Of a stretch of DNA of 64,000 nucleotides, positions 10,001-18,547 are shown piece after piece. The notes below the pieces were generated by a model. It was not told the DNA's origin. It saw only the letters and a program-made list of their open reading frames with translations, and ran no database searches. The position numbers and the translations under genes are program-made. This stretch comes from Deltaproteobacteria bacterium (lineage in GTDB: Bacteria; Myxococcota_A; UBA9160; SZUA-336): contig JAJDAK010000064.1 in assembly GCA_029261895.1 (NCBI GenBank), positions 18,582-82,581 of the forward strand, read 5' to 3'. Within the stretch, counting starts at the first letter, position 1. Each line of letters opens with the position of its first letter.

Positions 10001-12444
10001 CGAAAGTTTGGTGAAACTCCTTCGCCAGCCGCACCGATCCGCCGCATGTACTTACGTAGATGCGCGTGGTTGGAGAAGCCCAATTCACCCTCGATCGAGG
10101 CTTGTGGGCGTTTGACGAAAAGGCGTTCGATATCGACGAATGTTTGGAGTTCATGTCGGAGTTCAGAAAGTTCCAAGCGAAATGTTTCAGGCAAGTCGTC
10201 TGGAACCTCTGCGTTCAGGATCGCGAGCAGCAGGTCGCACCGTTGGGGATTAAGATCGTATCCCATCAACACACGACGAATTTCATTTCGTGCACCATCG
10301 ATTGCGTTTAATCGATGTTCCCTTGTGTCTCCCGCCGCAGAACTGAGGTCGGGGACCAGGTCTGCGGCTTCGTCAGTGGAGCGAAAAAAAGTCTCCAGTG
10401 GATCAGGCTCCGCCGGAAATTCGATGCGTAGTTTTGAAGCTGGTTCACTGACCTCGAGAGAGTCGGTAGCATCTGGTTCGATGATTACGAGGAGATCAGT
10501 ATCGCTCACCTGTTGACCCATCTGCACGCGAACTTCTTTGACTTGACCGGCTATGGGTGACTGAACCGCAATTTCCATCTTCATGGCTTCCAAAAGACCC
10601 AATGATTGGCCAGGGACTACGTGGTCGCCCTTAGCGATATGTATTGCGGTCACGCGTGCAGGTGCTTGCGCACGGACGTAGCCCGCAAGGTCACTACCAA
10701 AACGATAGGGATGGCTTTCGACTTCTATGCGAATGCCTTGTTCAGATACGTCGTGAAGCACTCGCAGTGCACGCCCTTCACGTTCCAGTGATGCGACATT
10801 CAAATCCCGTGCAAGGAGGGTCGCGTGTACGACTTTTCCATCGAGGTATACACGGTATTTCCAGGCGCCAACTGCGAATACATCAAGCCGATATTCCTCA
10901 AGACTGTGCGTGAGCTGAATCTGTTGTCCTGTTGACGCAGGGATCCAGTTCGGGGAGAGATTGCCTGGGTCGGTAAGAAACTTTCGGCGTGCCGCGTCTC
11001 GATTTCGCTGATACGAGAGAATCGCCGCCGCGATCAGGGCATCGCTAAGGTAGCGATCGGACCCGTCTCGAAGCGCGGGATTCTGGTCCAGCCACTCCGT
11101 GTCAAACCGACCTGCACGAAAGGTCGGATGATCAAGTAAATGGATCAAAAACCCCTTGTTACTTGTGCCGCCCTGAACCACGAGTTCGAAGTCTTTCAGT
11201 CCAGCGAGCAAGCGTGCGTGCGCTTCCTCGCGTGTTTGTCCGCTGGCAATGACTTTGGCGATCAGCGAATCGAATGCTGCGGGTATCTCGGCACCACCGA
11301 CGATGTCGGTGTCAATGCGTATCCCGGGACCGTGGCACGGTGCGAAGTGAACGATCCGGCCGGGTGAAGGTTGAAATCCCGTGGCCGGGTCCTCTGCGCA
11401 GACTCGAGCTTCCAGCGCGAATTTTCCAGGCGCGTTAGGTTGAATCGAAAGCACTTCGCCTTGTGCAATACGAATCTGTTGATGGATCAGGTCGATGCCC
11501 GTAACGGCTTCGGTGATTCCGTGTTCAACTTGGAGTCGTGGATTGACTTCGAGGAAGTAGATGTGGTTTTCAGAGACCAGGAATTCAACGGTTCCAACGC
11601 CGCGGTACTCTGCCTGGGTTGCGAGTCGAACAGCGAGATCTTCGATCTCCTGTAGCAGTTCAGTGGGTAGATTAGGAGGCGGAGTTTCTTCCAATACCTT
11701 CTGATGTCGTCGTTGAACCGAGCAGTCCCGGCAACCGAGTGCGATCACGTGGCCATACATATCCGCCACGATTTGCACTTCGATATGTCGACCGTGTGGA
11801 AGTTTCTTCTCGATAAAGAGCGTATCGTCGCCGAACGCTGACTTGGCTTCAGCGGCGGCGGAGCGAAACGCATCGGGGAGTTCTGCGGGCGTCTCCACAA
11901 TGCGGATGCCGCGACCGCCACCGCCCGCGCTTGCTTTGACGACCAACGGAAAGCCCACGCGTTTTGCGCAATCTCGAGCCGCATCCAGGGTATCAACGCG
12001 ACTACCGCTCCAGGGAATGACTGGAACGCCAGCGGCTACAGCGAGTTGCTTCGCACAGATTTTGTCACCGAGGCTGCGCATTACATCAGCGGGAGGCCCT
12101 AAAAAACAAATGCCAGTCTGGTCCAGGCGGGAGACAAACTCTGGATCTTCGGATAGAAATCCCCAACCAGGCCATACGGAATCTGCACCGACGTCTTGGA
12201 TGGCGCGAATCAAACCGTCGTAGTCGAGGTAGGCTTGAACGGGTCCGTCTGGGGAGGGGAGTCGTACGGCCCGATCCGCATGACGCACAAAGCTCGCGTC
12301 GCGGTCGACGTCGGTATAGAACGCAACGCACTCGAGCTCCACGTTTTCCAGTTCGCGAAACGTTTTGACCGCACGGATACAGCGCATCGCGGGCTCGCTA
12401 CGATTGACAATCGCCAGACGTCTTAAGTTACGACGATGTGTCAT
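7015..12444 (-). CDS. Single-polypeptide multidomain acyl-CoA carboxylase (biotin carboxylase, biotin carboxyl carrier and carboxyltransferase domains), about 1809 aa
   Basis: ORF 7015..12525 trimmed to ATG 12444 (MTHRRNLRRLAIVNRSEPAMRCIRA). BC domain: ATP-grasp with EVNPRLQVEH. Biotinyl-lysine motif: EAMKMEI. C-terminal half: carboxyltransferase N and C subdomains (SGGARI, LIMTPAGAMVLTG). Confidence 0.85.
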   Translation of the reverse strand: MTHRRNLRRLAIVNRSEPAMRCIRAVKTFRELENVELECVAFYTDVDRDASFVRHADRAVRLPSPDGPVQAYLDYDGLIRAIQDVGADSVWPGWGFLSEDPEFVSRLDQTGICFLGPPADVMRSLGDKICAKQLAVAAGVPVIPWSGSRVDTLDAARDCAKRVGFPLVVKASAGGGGRGIRIVETPAELPDAFRSAAAEAKSAFGDDTLFIEKKLPHGRHIEVQIVADMYGHVIALGCRDCSVQRRHQKVLEETPPPNLPTELLQEIEDLAVRLATQAEYRGVGTVEFLVSENHIYFLEVNPRLQVEHGITEAVTGIDLIHQQIRIAQGEVLSIQPNAPGKFALEARVCAEDPATGFQPSPGRIVHFAPCHGPGIRIDTDIVGGAEIPAAFDSLIAKVIASGQTREEAHARLLAGLKDFELVVQGGTSNKGFLIHLLDHPTFRAGRFDTEWLDQNPALRDGSDRYLSDALIAAAILSYQRNRDAARRKFLTDPGNLSPNWIPASTGQQIQLTHSLEEYRLDVFAVGAWKYRVYLDGKVVHATLLARDLNVASLEREGRALRVLHDVSEQGIRIEVESHPYRFGSDLAGYVRAQAPARVTAIHIAKGDHVVPGQSLGLLEAMKMEIAVQSPIAGQVKEVRVQMGQQVSDTDLLVIIEPDATDSLEVSEPASKLRIEFPAEPDPLETFFRSTDEAADLVPDLSSAAGDTREHRLNAIDGARNEIRRVLMGYDLNPQRCDLLLAILNAEVPDDLPETFRLELSELRHELQTFVDIERLFVKRPQASIEGELGFSNHAHLRKYMRRIGAAGEGVSPNFRILLEHALAHYGVTRLEPSAGLERGLLRLLASQQSRDRRLRLVLGITKLLGALAASGLNLEADQAFHASLIAIAGLRGLVSDSVADLAIETAYTIFNRPVLEKNAMGRADRPDSIEAIVARLYVPHVSNGPSLLANTHPTIECFEFDDGRTVWATRTRLDELSSCLNQIGRLAQSIQPTALELFVDCEHDIKEDELASAVLHQLHSEFPFKRLCITLQRAQLAPQHLSFLCCDGQVVLQKELHGIHPETAARVGLERLQAFDLERLDAPEDLFCFHLRSKEVPSDERIFVLADIVGGTDPDTLLIPEFEHAFFEAARTLRHVIGERDPRRQLQWNRIFLAVASPVSVDAETTKPVIHRLAPAVRHLGLEKVVVRVEQPIQDGADGPIELVIADPTGAHSEVYARSVHHAPLEPAQDYERKLVRARRHGLIYPYEIIRMLTGGARANGLSSDSDAVRLPTGQFQEYDLDPESTEPRLMSVADRNYGQNTAGVVVGLINTPTPEFPSGIRRMLILSDPTQGMGALSARECDRIQAAIDLAERNEVPVEWVPISSGARIAMDSGTENLDATARVVRRIIEFTEAGGTIHILVSGVNVGAQSYFNALATMHSRSRGALIMTPAGAMVLTGRAALEASGSVSAEDEVAIGGFERVMGPNGEAQYYARSLFDAYQTLYEHYRFTYVASGTSRPSRTATADPRDRNITEYACEPNADHGFERVGDIFSASKNPERKCAFAMRDVMRATVDQDAGYLERWLRWQDAGTTIVWDTRLGGHAISLIGIESQPLPREGYASTDGPSTWSGGTLFPLSSKKLARAINAASGNRPAVILANLSGFDGSPESMRALQLEYGAEIARAVVNFKGPLLFTVVSRYHGGAYVVFSRELNSELRATALTGSFASVIGGGPAAAVVFHREVRARMAADQRIRNLRTAKINGAFSSREELDSIEHAVRLEKQAEVATEFDRVHTVERALKVGSLEAIVSPENLRAYLIDRLDETP

Positions 12445-13004
12445 GCACAGGCAAAAGCCACGAAGCGGCCGTGATGGGAAAGAGAAACGGGAAGACCGCG
12501 CTGTAGATCGCCAATGTGTAGCCACGGCATCCGGCGCTTTCGCTCGATCGTGATATTCGAAGCAGCGATGCCCCAGCGCTTGGCCAGCTGTTCGCGGACG
12601 AGACGGCGTACCTCGATACTCTGGGCATCGCTGTCGAGTGCGAAGTCAAAACAACGCAGAGCATGGAAGGGTTCGGTTTCAGACCGCGTCTGGGCAATCG
12701 CGTGAACGTAGTCCGGTCCGTTAAAAAAATGGACGGTGAGGTCGTGTTGCTGATGGATTAGGTTTGCCTTATGGCCGCGGATGGGTCCGCAGACGAAACA
12801 GCGCGGAGAAAATGGCAGTCGTGAGTCCATACGGCGTAATGCTTTGAATGCGGCTTCCTTGGCTGCCCAAAACATCCACCGGGCACGCATGGGGTCGGTC
12901 GACTGTTCAATCATGTCCCGCTCCGAATCTGCGAATACCCGCGAGTCGAATCTCGGATGCGTCTGTTTCGCGCTGGATAGGTCGACCAGGTCATTACCGA
13001 TCAT
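12441..13004 (-). CDS. 4-prime-phosphopantetheinyl transferase, Sfp/EntD type
   Basis: Motifs GNDLVDL and WAAKEAAFKA (PPTase motifs 2 and 3). Start chosen at MIGNDLVDL. Overlaps the carboxylase start by 4 nt and the upstream acyltransferase stop. Confidence 0.75.
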   Translation of the reverse strand: MIGNDLVDLSSAKQTHPRFDSRVFADSERDMIEQSTDPMRARWMFWAAKEAAFKALRRMDSRLPFSPRCFVCGPIRGHKANLIHQQHDLTVHFFNGPDYVHAIAQTRSETEPFHALRCFDFALDSDAQSIEVRRLVREQLAKRWGIAASNITIERKRRMPWLHIGDLQRGLPVSLSHHGRFVAFACA

Positions 13005-13737
13005 CGAAGTATTCTCGCTCCATGTGTGCAAGCCGCCCCACGATTTGCTGGGAGATATCCCGTGCCGCGCGCAGGCCACTACTTTCTGTTTTAGGGTCGA
13101 AGAGTTCTATTATGACTGAGAAGCGTTCATTTCGGTGCGGCAGGTTGGAATAGGTTCCCTGTCCATCGCCGCGTAAATAGACACAAAGCACGCGACAGCG
13201 GGGAATTGAATCGATCAAGCCGCCGACGCCGTAGGCAGCGTTCGTTACGTCTATGCGACCGCTGCGGCTGCGTCCCCCTTCGGGGAATACCATGCCGACC
13301 TCACCGTTTTCGACGCAGAAACCAAATCGACTCATCGTGGCCTGAACTTCCTTTCGAGGCCCGCCACGTTGAATGGGTATGCACTTGAATAGGTAGGATA
13401 GGACGCGAAGCGCGATGCCGTGAGAGAAGTTTGTGCGCTCTGGAACGTTCCATGGCAACGCATGGAAGTTCCTGAGGTACCATCCCGGAGACCCTAGAGC
13501 CCAAGCGATGATGGCGGAATCCACCATCGTCAAATGATTCGGGCAGATCATCAACGGAGCGTCATTGGAGTCGAGGATCCGCCGATATTCGCGTCGCAGG
13601 TGGACTTGATCCCGAATCTGATATCCGAAGCCAAAACGCATGAGCATGATTACCGAAGGAACCGTCAGCGGTGCGAATATTAGGCTGATCCAACGCTGGA
13701 GTTGTATGCGTAGATATGTGCCTGCAGAAACGTTCAC
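12994..13737 (-). CDS. PlsC-family (lysophospholipid/glycerol-3-phosphate-type) acyltransferase
   Basis: HxxxxD motif NHLTMVD and acceptor-binding motif VFPEGGRS. GTG start forms a GTGA overlap with the ACP stop. Confidence 0.8.
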   Translation of the reverse strand: MNVSAGTYLRIQLQRWISLIFAPLTVPSVIMLMRFGFGYQIRDQVHLRREYRRILDSNDAPLMICPNHLTMVDSAIIAWALGSPGWYLRNFHALPWNVPERTNFSHGIALRVLSYLFKCIPIQRGGPRKEVQATMSRFGFCVENGEVGMVFPEGGRSRSGRIDVTNAAYGVGGLIDSIPRCRVLCVYLRGDGQGTYSNLPHRNERFSVIIELFDPKTESSGLRAARDISQQIVGRLAHMEREYFDDR

Positions 13738-13985
13738 GCGCCGAGCTTCGACTCGATCAGTTGTACCGCATTCTCGACGGTTTCCACGAGATCGATGTCT
13801 TCATCCTCGATCTGGATGTCGAACACATCTTCAAACTCGAGGATGATGTCTACGAGTCGTGCGGAGTTTATTTTTAGGTCATCGAGCAAGTGCGTCTTGA
13901 GGGAAATCTTATCGCGCGCGTCTTCGTTTCGAATAAACGGCGCAAGGATGGAAATGATTTTGTCAAAGATATCTTGTCGATTCAT
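13734..13985 (-). CDS. Acyl carrier protein
   Basis: 83 aa, acidic, with DDLKINSARLVDII (DSL-type phosphopantetheine attachment Ser). RBS AAGGAGG lies 7 nt upstream. Confidence 0.85.
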   Translation of the reverse strand: MNRQDIFDKIISILAPFIRNEDARDKISLKTHLLDDLKINSARLVDIILEFEDVFDIQIEDEDIDLVETVENAVQLIESKLGA

Positions 13986-14012
13986 GAATGGCCTCCTTAG
14001 GGTGAAGTGAAT

Positions 14013-15293
14013 CTAGGCGTTCTGCCAATTACCGATCATCAAACACGCATTCACATCGCCGAATCCGAACCCAGCTTTCGCTGCGATCCGTAGTTCGGGT
14101 GCGTCGCGCGTCGTACGGGGTATTGAATGCGAATACCTTTCGATCTCAGGATGAACATCCTCGCAGTTGATCGAAGGATGAATGAAACCTTCGTAGAGCA
14201 TTTGGACGGTAGCAATCGATTCAATCGCACCCGCCGCCCCGAGACTGTGACCGATCATCGATTTGGTGGAGGTGATCGGAGGCAGGTGATCGGGCGTCTG
14301 CTCCAACGCTGTCGCCCAAGCCGCGACTTCCTTTGGATCTGCTCCCGTGGCGGTGAGGTGACCGTTGATGAGACCTACTTCCGATCCGCTGATTCCCGCA
14401 TCTTGCAATGCTGCACGGATACAACGCACAACACCGTTGGGATTAGGTGCGCTCATACTGCCGCCACCACGGTGTCCACCACAGTTGAGCGCGGTTCCTA
14501 GGATCTCCGCGTAGATTCGTGCACCGCGTTGAACCGCGCTCTCGTAGGACTCGAGCAAGAGTACTCCGGCGCCCGCGCTGGGGACGAATCCACCCGCGGA
14601 AGCACTCATGGGTCGGGAAGCTTCTTCTGGGCGATCGTTGAATCCTCGACAGAGCACACGCATGGAATCAAAACCAGCATAGATGTAATGGCTTGCAGCT
14701 TCGGCGCCGCCGCAGAGCATGCGTTCCGCGAGTCCCTGGCGAATTCGATTCGTGCCTTCGGCGATAGCTTCGGTACCTGTGCTACACGCGCTCGAATTGG
14801 TGGTGACTTGGTTCCCGAGTGCAAGCAACCCGGAGATCCGTGCGGAGATACCACTTGCCATGACCTGTTCGACGACGGTACTTCCGAGACGACGAATCTT
14901 GCCCGCATTCGTGAGGGGTACGATGCGTTCGGCGATCGTGTCCATGCCACCAATGCCTGTTCCCAAAATGGCACCTGTATCCCAGTCGACGCGGTCGCTT
15001 TCGGCCTCAGGTCGTTTGAATCCCGCATCTTCCCAGGCATCCACCGCTGCGATACTTGCCAGACGATGACTTGAATTCATGGCGAGCAACTGCTCGCGAC
15101 TGAAATAACGTGATGCGATCTCATCGACACCTTGAGGAATGCCTGCGACCTGGCAACCGAAGCCGAGTTCAGCCATGATAGGATTGAGTCGAATTCCTGA
15201 CTTGCCTTCGCGGAGTGACTGCGTAAACGCGTGTAGATCGGATCCGTTGGCCGCGACGACGCCCATACCCGTGATGACGACCCGCCGTCTCAT
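14013..15293 (-). CDS. Beta-ketoacyl-ACP synthase I/II (FabB/FabF family)
   Basis: N-terminal VVITGMGVV. An internal segment reads TNSSACSTGTEAIAEG in the supplied translation, and the text Cys-His-His triad is HLTATGADPKE ... IGHSLGAAG. 426 aa. Confidence 0.85.
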   Translation of the reverse strand: MRRRVVITGMGVVAANGSDLHAFTQSLREGKSGIRLNPIMAELGFGCQVAGIPQGVDEIASRYFSREQLLAMNSSHRLASIAAVDAWEDAGFKRPEAESDRVDWDTGAILGTGIGGMDTIAERIVPLTNAGKIRRLGSTVVEQVMASGISARISGLLALGNQVTTNSSACSTGTEAIAEGTNRIRQGLAERMLCGGAEAASHYIYAGFDSMRVLCRGFNDRPEEASRPMSASAGGFVPSAGAGVLLLESYESAVQRGARIYAEILGTALNCGGHRGGGSMSAPNPNGVVRCIRAALQDAGISGSEVGLINGHLTATGADPKEVAAWATALEQTPDHLPPITSTKSMIGHSLGAAGAIESIATVQMLYEGFIHPSINCEDVHPEIERYSHSIPRTTRDAPELRIAAKAGFGFGDVNACLMIGNWQNA

Positions 15294-15727
15294 AGGGGAA
15301 CTCCGGTTCCAGAAAGCGTACCTGCACAGACCAGCGAACCACCGGGGAGGCGCATTTCGGCTGAGACGCGGAGCGTCCGCCGTCGATAAAAGACCTTCTT
15401 CGCCGAGGTCGTGACCTCAGTGCCGGGTAGCACGATTCCTGCGAACTCTACGTCCGCATGGGAGAAGAGGGTTGTAATCTTGGCGTCGGGATCCTCACGG
15501 TGCAATAGATAGAGTCCGAGCGCGACCACTGCCGCTTGCGCCATGGTTTCAATGAGAATGACGCCGGGTGTAATCGGCCGACTTGGGAAATGTCCGCGAT
15601 AGAAATCGGCATCTTCACGATAGCGATAAGTAGCGACGACATGATCTTCGTCGAGTTCTAGGATGCGATCGATAAAGCGAAACGGTTCTTGCTGTGGGAT
15701 CGCGGCCAGTATTTCTTCTTTTGTCAT
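15290..15727 (-). CDS. fabZ: 3-hydroxyacyl-ACP dehydratase, FabZ-like hotdog
   Basis: GHFPSRPITPGVILIETMAQ motif. ATGA overlaps on both flanks. Confidence 0.8.
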   Translation of the reverse strand: MTKEEILAAIPQQEPFRFIDRILELDEDHVVATYRYREDADFYRGHFPSRPITPGVILIETMAQAAVVALGLYLLHREDPDAKITTLFSHADVEFAGIVLPGTEVTTSAKKVFYRRRTLRVSAEMRLPGGSLVCAGTLSGTGVPL

Positions 15728-16320
15728 GACTCTCGCACGAGCCTCCCGCCGCGAGAATGTTTTGAAGGCCGTGGATAGTCGGGATAATCGATATTTCGAA
15801 ACGTTCCGACCTTGGCACGTTGAACGCTGTAAATCGGTTCGTCATCGACAAAGAGGGTCGCGTCGCCAAGAACCACTGACGCTCCGACGTTCGTCAGCTC
15901 GGTATAGCGCCGCACATCGACTTCGTAACGTATGAGTCGATCGTGCGGACGAACCTGTCCAAAGAATTCAACCTCGCCACAGCCCAACGCACGTCCTGCC
16001 CCAAGACCACCGCTCCAAGCACAGAAGAAACCAAGCAGTTGCCAGATTCCATCGACGCCCAAGCAACCCGGCTGGACAGGATCGCTCGCAAAGTGACATT
16101 GAAAGAACCAATCATCGAGCCTGACGTCGTACTCGGCGACGATTCGACCGCGTGTTTTCTGTCGATCGATCTCTAAGATGCGGTGAATCATCAGCATCGG
16201 AGGTAAGGGGAGGCGCGCTTTGAATTCGGCAGGAGCGTCAGAGATGAGCGTCCCATTTGCGAAGGCAAGCAGTTCCAATTGCGTGAAACTTTTGCGGTCT
16301 CGAAATTCGACGTAGTTCAT
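15724..16320 (-). CDS. fabA: 3-hydroxydecanoyl-ACP dehydratase/isomerase, FabA-like
   Basis: FFQCHFASDPVQPGCLGVDG matches the FabA active-site region. Start chosen at MNYVEF (ATGA overlap with the KAS III stop). The ORF extends to 16356 if the first Met is used. Confidence 0.75.
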   Translation of the reverse strand: MNYVEFRDRKSFTQLELLAFANGTLISDAPAEFKARLPLPPMLMIHRILEIDRQKTRGRIVAEYDVRLDDWFFQCHFASDPVQPGCLGVDGIWQLLGFFCAWSGGLGAGRALGCGEVEFFGQVRPHDRLIRYEVDVRRYTELTNVGASVVLGDATLFVDDEPIYSVQRAKVGTFRNIDYPDYPRPSKHSRGGRLVRES

Positions 16321-17312
16321 CGCGAATCCTCGGAACGGAGTAGGTAACTTGCCCAAGTCAAGCCTGCGCCTACGCCTGCGACGGCAATATCATCGATGGT
16401 GTCCCATTTTTCCCAACGCATCGAGATGACCGATGCGGAGCTGGCGCAGCCGGTGTTACCGAAAAACTCGACATTGCTGTGATGCTGTGACGTTGAAACT
16501 CCGGCAGCATGGCAAACGGATTCGAGCATACGTAGGTTGGCCTGGTGTCCGACGAAGTGGAAAGATCGGCCGGCGGTCTCATGCTGCTCGCGCAATGAAC
16601 GCACCGCTTGACTCATACGCCTGATTCCGAATGCCTGAACGGTTCGGCCTTCTTGATAGAAGTGGCCGATACGCGGCACGACCACTTTATCTGCGGCGCT
16701 GGGCTTAGATTGGAGCGACGGATTGAGCACACGAAATCGACCGGGGCGCCGGGTAGAGATCACCGCGGCCGCGGCACCATCGCCCCAGAGTACAGACGAC
16801 GAGCGATCCGCGTAGTCGACGGTCTTGGTGAGGGTATCGACTGCGACCAATAGGAGATACTCGGGAAGTGCATCGCTGCGCATCATCGACAGGAGATATA
16901 GCTGGGCGTAGAAACTGGTGCAGGCTGACCGTACGTCAAAACTCGGTACGTCGAGCCCTAGGGCTTGCGCGATATTGCAGGCTTCAGCGGGAGAGGCGGT
17001 ATCTGTCGCAGAGCTACCAGCGATGACCATGCCGATGGCTTCTTTCGGAACGGCTGCCCGTCGGAGCGCGTGCTCCGCGGCCCGTGCGCCAAGTTCTGCG
17101 TTCGATAGCGTCGCAGCTTCAATCGCTGCGCGTGGGTTTTGGTTTCGCGTTTCCCGAATGTAGTCGAGAGGCAAAACAGTTCGGCGTGAGCGTATCCCAA
17201 CGCGTTCGAGGATCCACTCATTCGAAGTTCCAATATCGAGCGATTCGAGGAAGGCGTTGGTTATTTCGTTTTCAGGATGGCAATGGCCGAGGCCGTGAAT
17301 GAAGGTATTCAA
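16317..17312 (-). CDS. fabH: 3-oxoacyl-ACP synthase III (FabH-like)
   Basis: Thiolase-fold KAS III with GNTGCASSA and C/H/N-type residues. Probable TTG start (MNTFIHGLGH) overlapping the upstream stop as TTGA. The alternative is ATG at 17372, which overlaps by 64 nt. Confidence 0.7.
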   Translation of the reverse strand: MNTFIHGLGHCHPENEITNAFLESLDIGTSNEWILERVGIRSRRTVLPLDYIRETRNQNPRAAIEAATLSNAELGARAAEHALRRAAVPKEAIGMVIAGSSATDTASPAEACNIAQALGLDVPSFDVRSACTSFYAQLYLLSMMRSDALPEYLLLVAVDTLTKTVDYADRSSSVLWGDGAAAAVISTRRPGRFRVLNPSLQSKPSAADKVVVPRIGHFYQEGRTVQAFGIRRMSQAVRSLREQHETAGRSFHFVGHQANLRMLESVCHAAGVSTSQHHSNVEFFGNTGCASSASVISMRWEKWDTIDDIAVAGVGAGLTWASYLLRSEDSR

Positions 17313-18256
17313 CGGGTCGCTCCGGAAATATGTTCGCCGCCGTCGACCCGGATGATTTCGCCGTTGATCCATGCGGCGTCATCCTGAGCGAGCAAGTGGA
17401 TTACGTTTGCAACATCGCGCGTCGTCGTGAGTCGACCGAATGGATTACGCGTCCTGGCTTGCGCTTTGAGGTGGTCGCTCCCCGGGATGGCTTTCAGTGC
17501 AGGTGTCTCCGTAATACCTGCTTGAATAATGTTGGTTCGGATACCGTATGGCGCAAATTCAAGCGCCATTGAGCGCGCAAGTGCTTCGAGCGCGACTTTG
17601 GCAGCCGATACTGCGGCATAGCCTTTCCAGGCGACCTTGTTTCCCTCGCTCGTAAGTCCGAAGACCCGTGCGTCGTCTGCAAAGAGATTCCTCGCGTGGA
17701 GACTTTGCACCCAACCCAACAAACTTGTTCCCATACTGTGGATGGTGCGACCGAAGTCTTCCTCGTCGAGAAACGAACGGGTTGGGTATTCGGGGGCTGT
17801 GGCCAAAGCATGTAGCCCGTCATGTCCTGCATTGAAAGATTCGTTGGCGAGGTCTTCCAGTCGGGAGGGCTCAACTCCGAGCCGTTGGGCCAGTTCATTT
17901 CGACTCGTATTGAGACGGGGTTTCTCTGCGACCAGCAGCTTCAAGTTTCCAAATGCGATTGAGTGCAGGAACAGCCTCACCCGACCCTGCGATCCGAGCT
18001 CAGACGTCAATTGATCCAGCACTTCTTCACGCTTCTCGGGGTTGAGTGCGTCGAGGTTAAGACAGAGAACTCGATGGCCGTGGCTGCGAACCTTTTCAAA
18101 CTCCGGTTCGATCTGTGCCATTGCGCCACGACGATCGCGGTGAATCAGGCAAAGATTCATGCCGTTTTCAGCCAGTTTATGCGCGGTCGCCAGGCCAAAG
18201 CCGCTCGAGCCGCCAAGGATCAACGCCCATTGATTCGGACCAAAGCGATCTACCAC
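17309..18256 (-). CDS. Enoyl-ACP reductase of the FabI/FabL/FabV SDR lineage
   Basis: GGSSGFGLATA nucleotide-binding loop, Y-x6-K catalytic motif (YAAVSAAK) and GIRTNIIQAG. GTG start. Confidence 0.7.
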   Translation of the reverse strand: MVDRFGPNQWALILGGSSGFGLATAHKLAENGMNLCLIHRDRRGAMAQIEPEFEKVRSHGHRVLCLNLDALNPEKREEVLDQLTSELGSQGRVRLFLHSIAFGNLKLLVAEKPRLNTSRNELAQRLGVEPSRLEDLANESFNAGHDGLHALATAPEYPTRSFLDEEDFGRTIHSMGTSLLGWVQSLHARNLFADDARVFGLTSEGNKVAWKGYAAVSAAKVALEALARSMALEFAPYGIRTNIIQAGITETPALKAIPGSDHLKAQARTRNPFGRLTTTRDVANVIHLLAQDDAAWINGEIIRVDGGEHISGATR

Positions 18257-18299
18257 TGCTCCCCCCCTGCCTACTGAGACCGTTCGTAGACGTAATTAA

Positions 18300-18343
18300 T
18301 GACTCTCAGTCACATCGGTGGCTGAGAATATGACTCAGAGTCA
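18300..18343. promoter_or_regulatory. Two 13-bp palindromes, TGACTCTCAGTCA (18300-18312) and TGACTCAGAGTCA (18331-18343), 31 bp centre to centre. Putative operator pair.
   Basis: Both are perfect TGACT-N3-AGTCA dyads. One lies in the promoter spacer and one at about +5 to +17. Confidence 0.45.
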
Positions 18344-18354
18344 TGGAGAGTCAA
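18325..18354 (-). promoter_or_regulatory. Sigma70-like promoter for the lipid cassette. On the minus strand it reads TTGACT-N18-TATTCT, and the spacer is occupied by a TGACT-N3-AGTCA palindrome.
   Basis: Minus strand: TTGACTctccatgactctgagtcaTATTCT. The -35 is plus 18349-18354 and the -10 is plus 18325-18330. Confidence 0.4.
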
Positions 18355-18547
18355 GTCCTGCTGTAGGTAATTGAAAAATATGAACTTTCTGGTACTCGAG
18401 GCGAGCAGATTTTTAATCAACCAGGAATCTGGGGGGTAAATGGGCTCCGAAGAATCTCATTTGAGCGGAATGTACTTGAGCGTGGAGGAGCGTGGCCTAA
18501 GTCGTTATACAGTGACCGCTTAGGGCTTGGGTATGTCACTTTGATAG

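Noticed and set aside
7168-12426. Plus- and minus-strand short ORFs nested inside the 5.4-kb carboxylase gene (for example 10046-10516, 8594-9004)
   Set aside because: High-GC antisense and shadow frames. No motifs or RBS. The long frame has clear BC/BCCP/CT signatures.
6966-18547. Looked for an integrase, excisionase, transposase or conjugation genes inside the repeat-bounded block
   Set aside because: None present. All nine ORFs are lipid-synthesis genes, so the island call rests only on the repeat.
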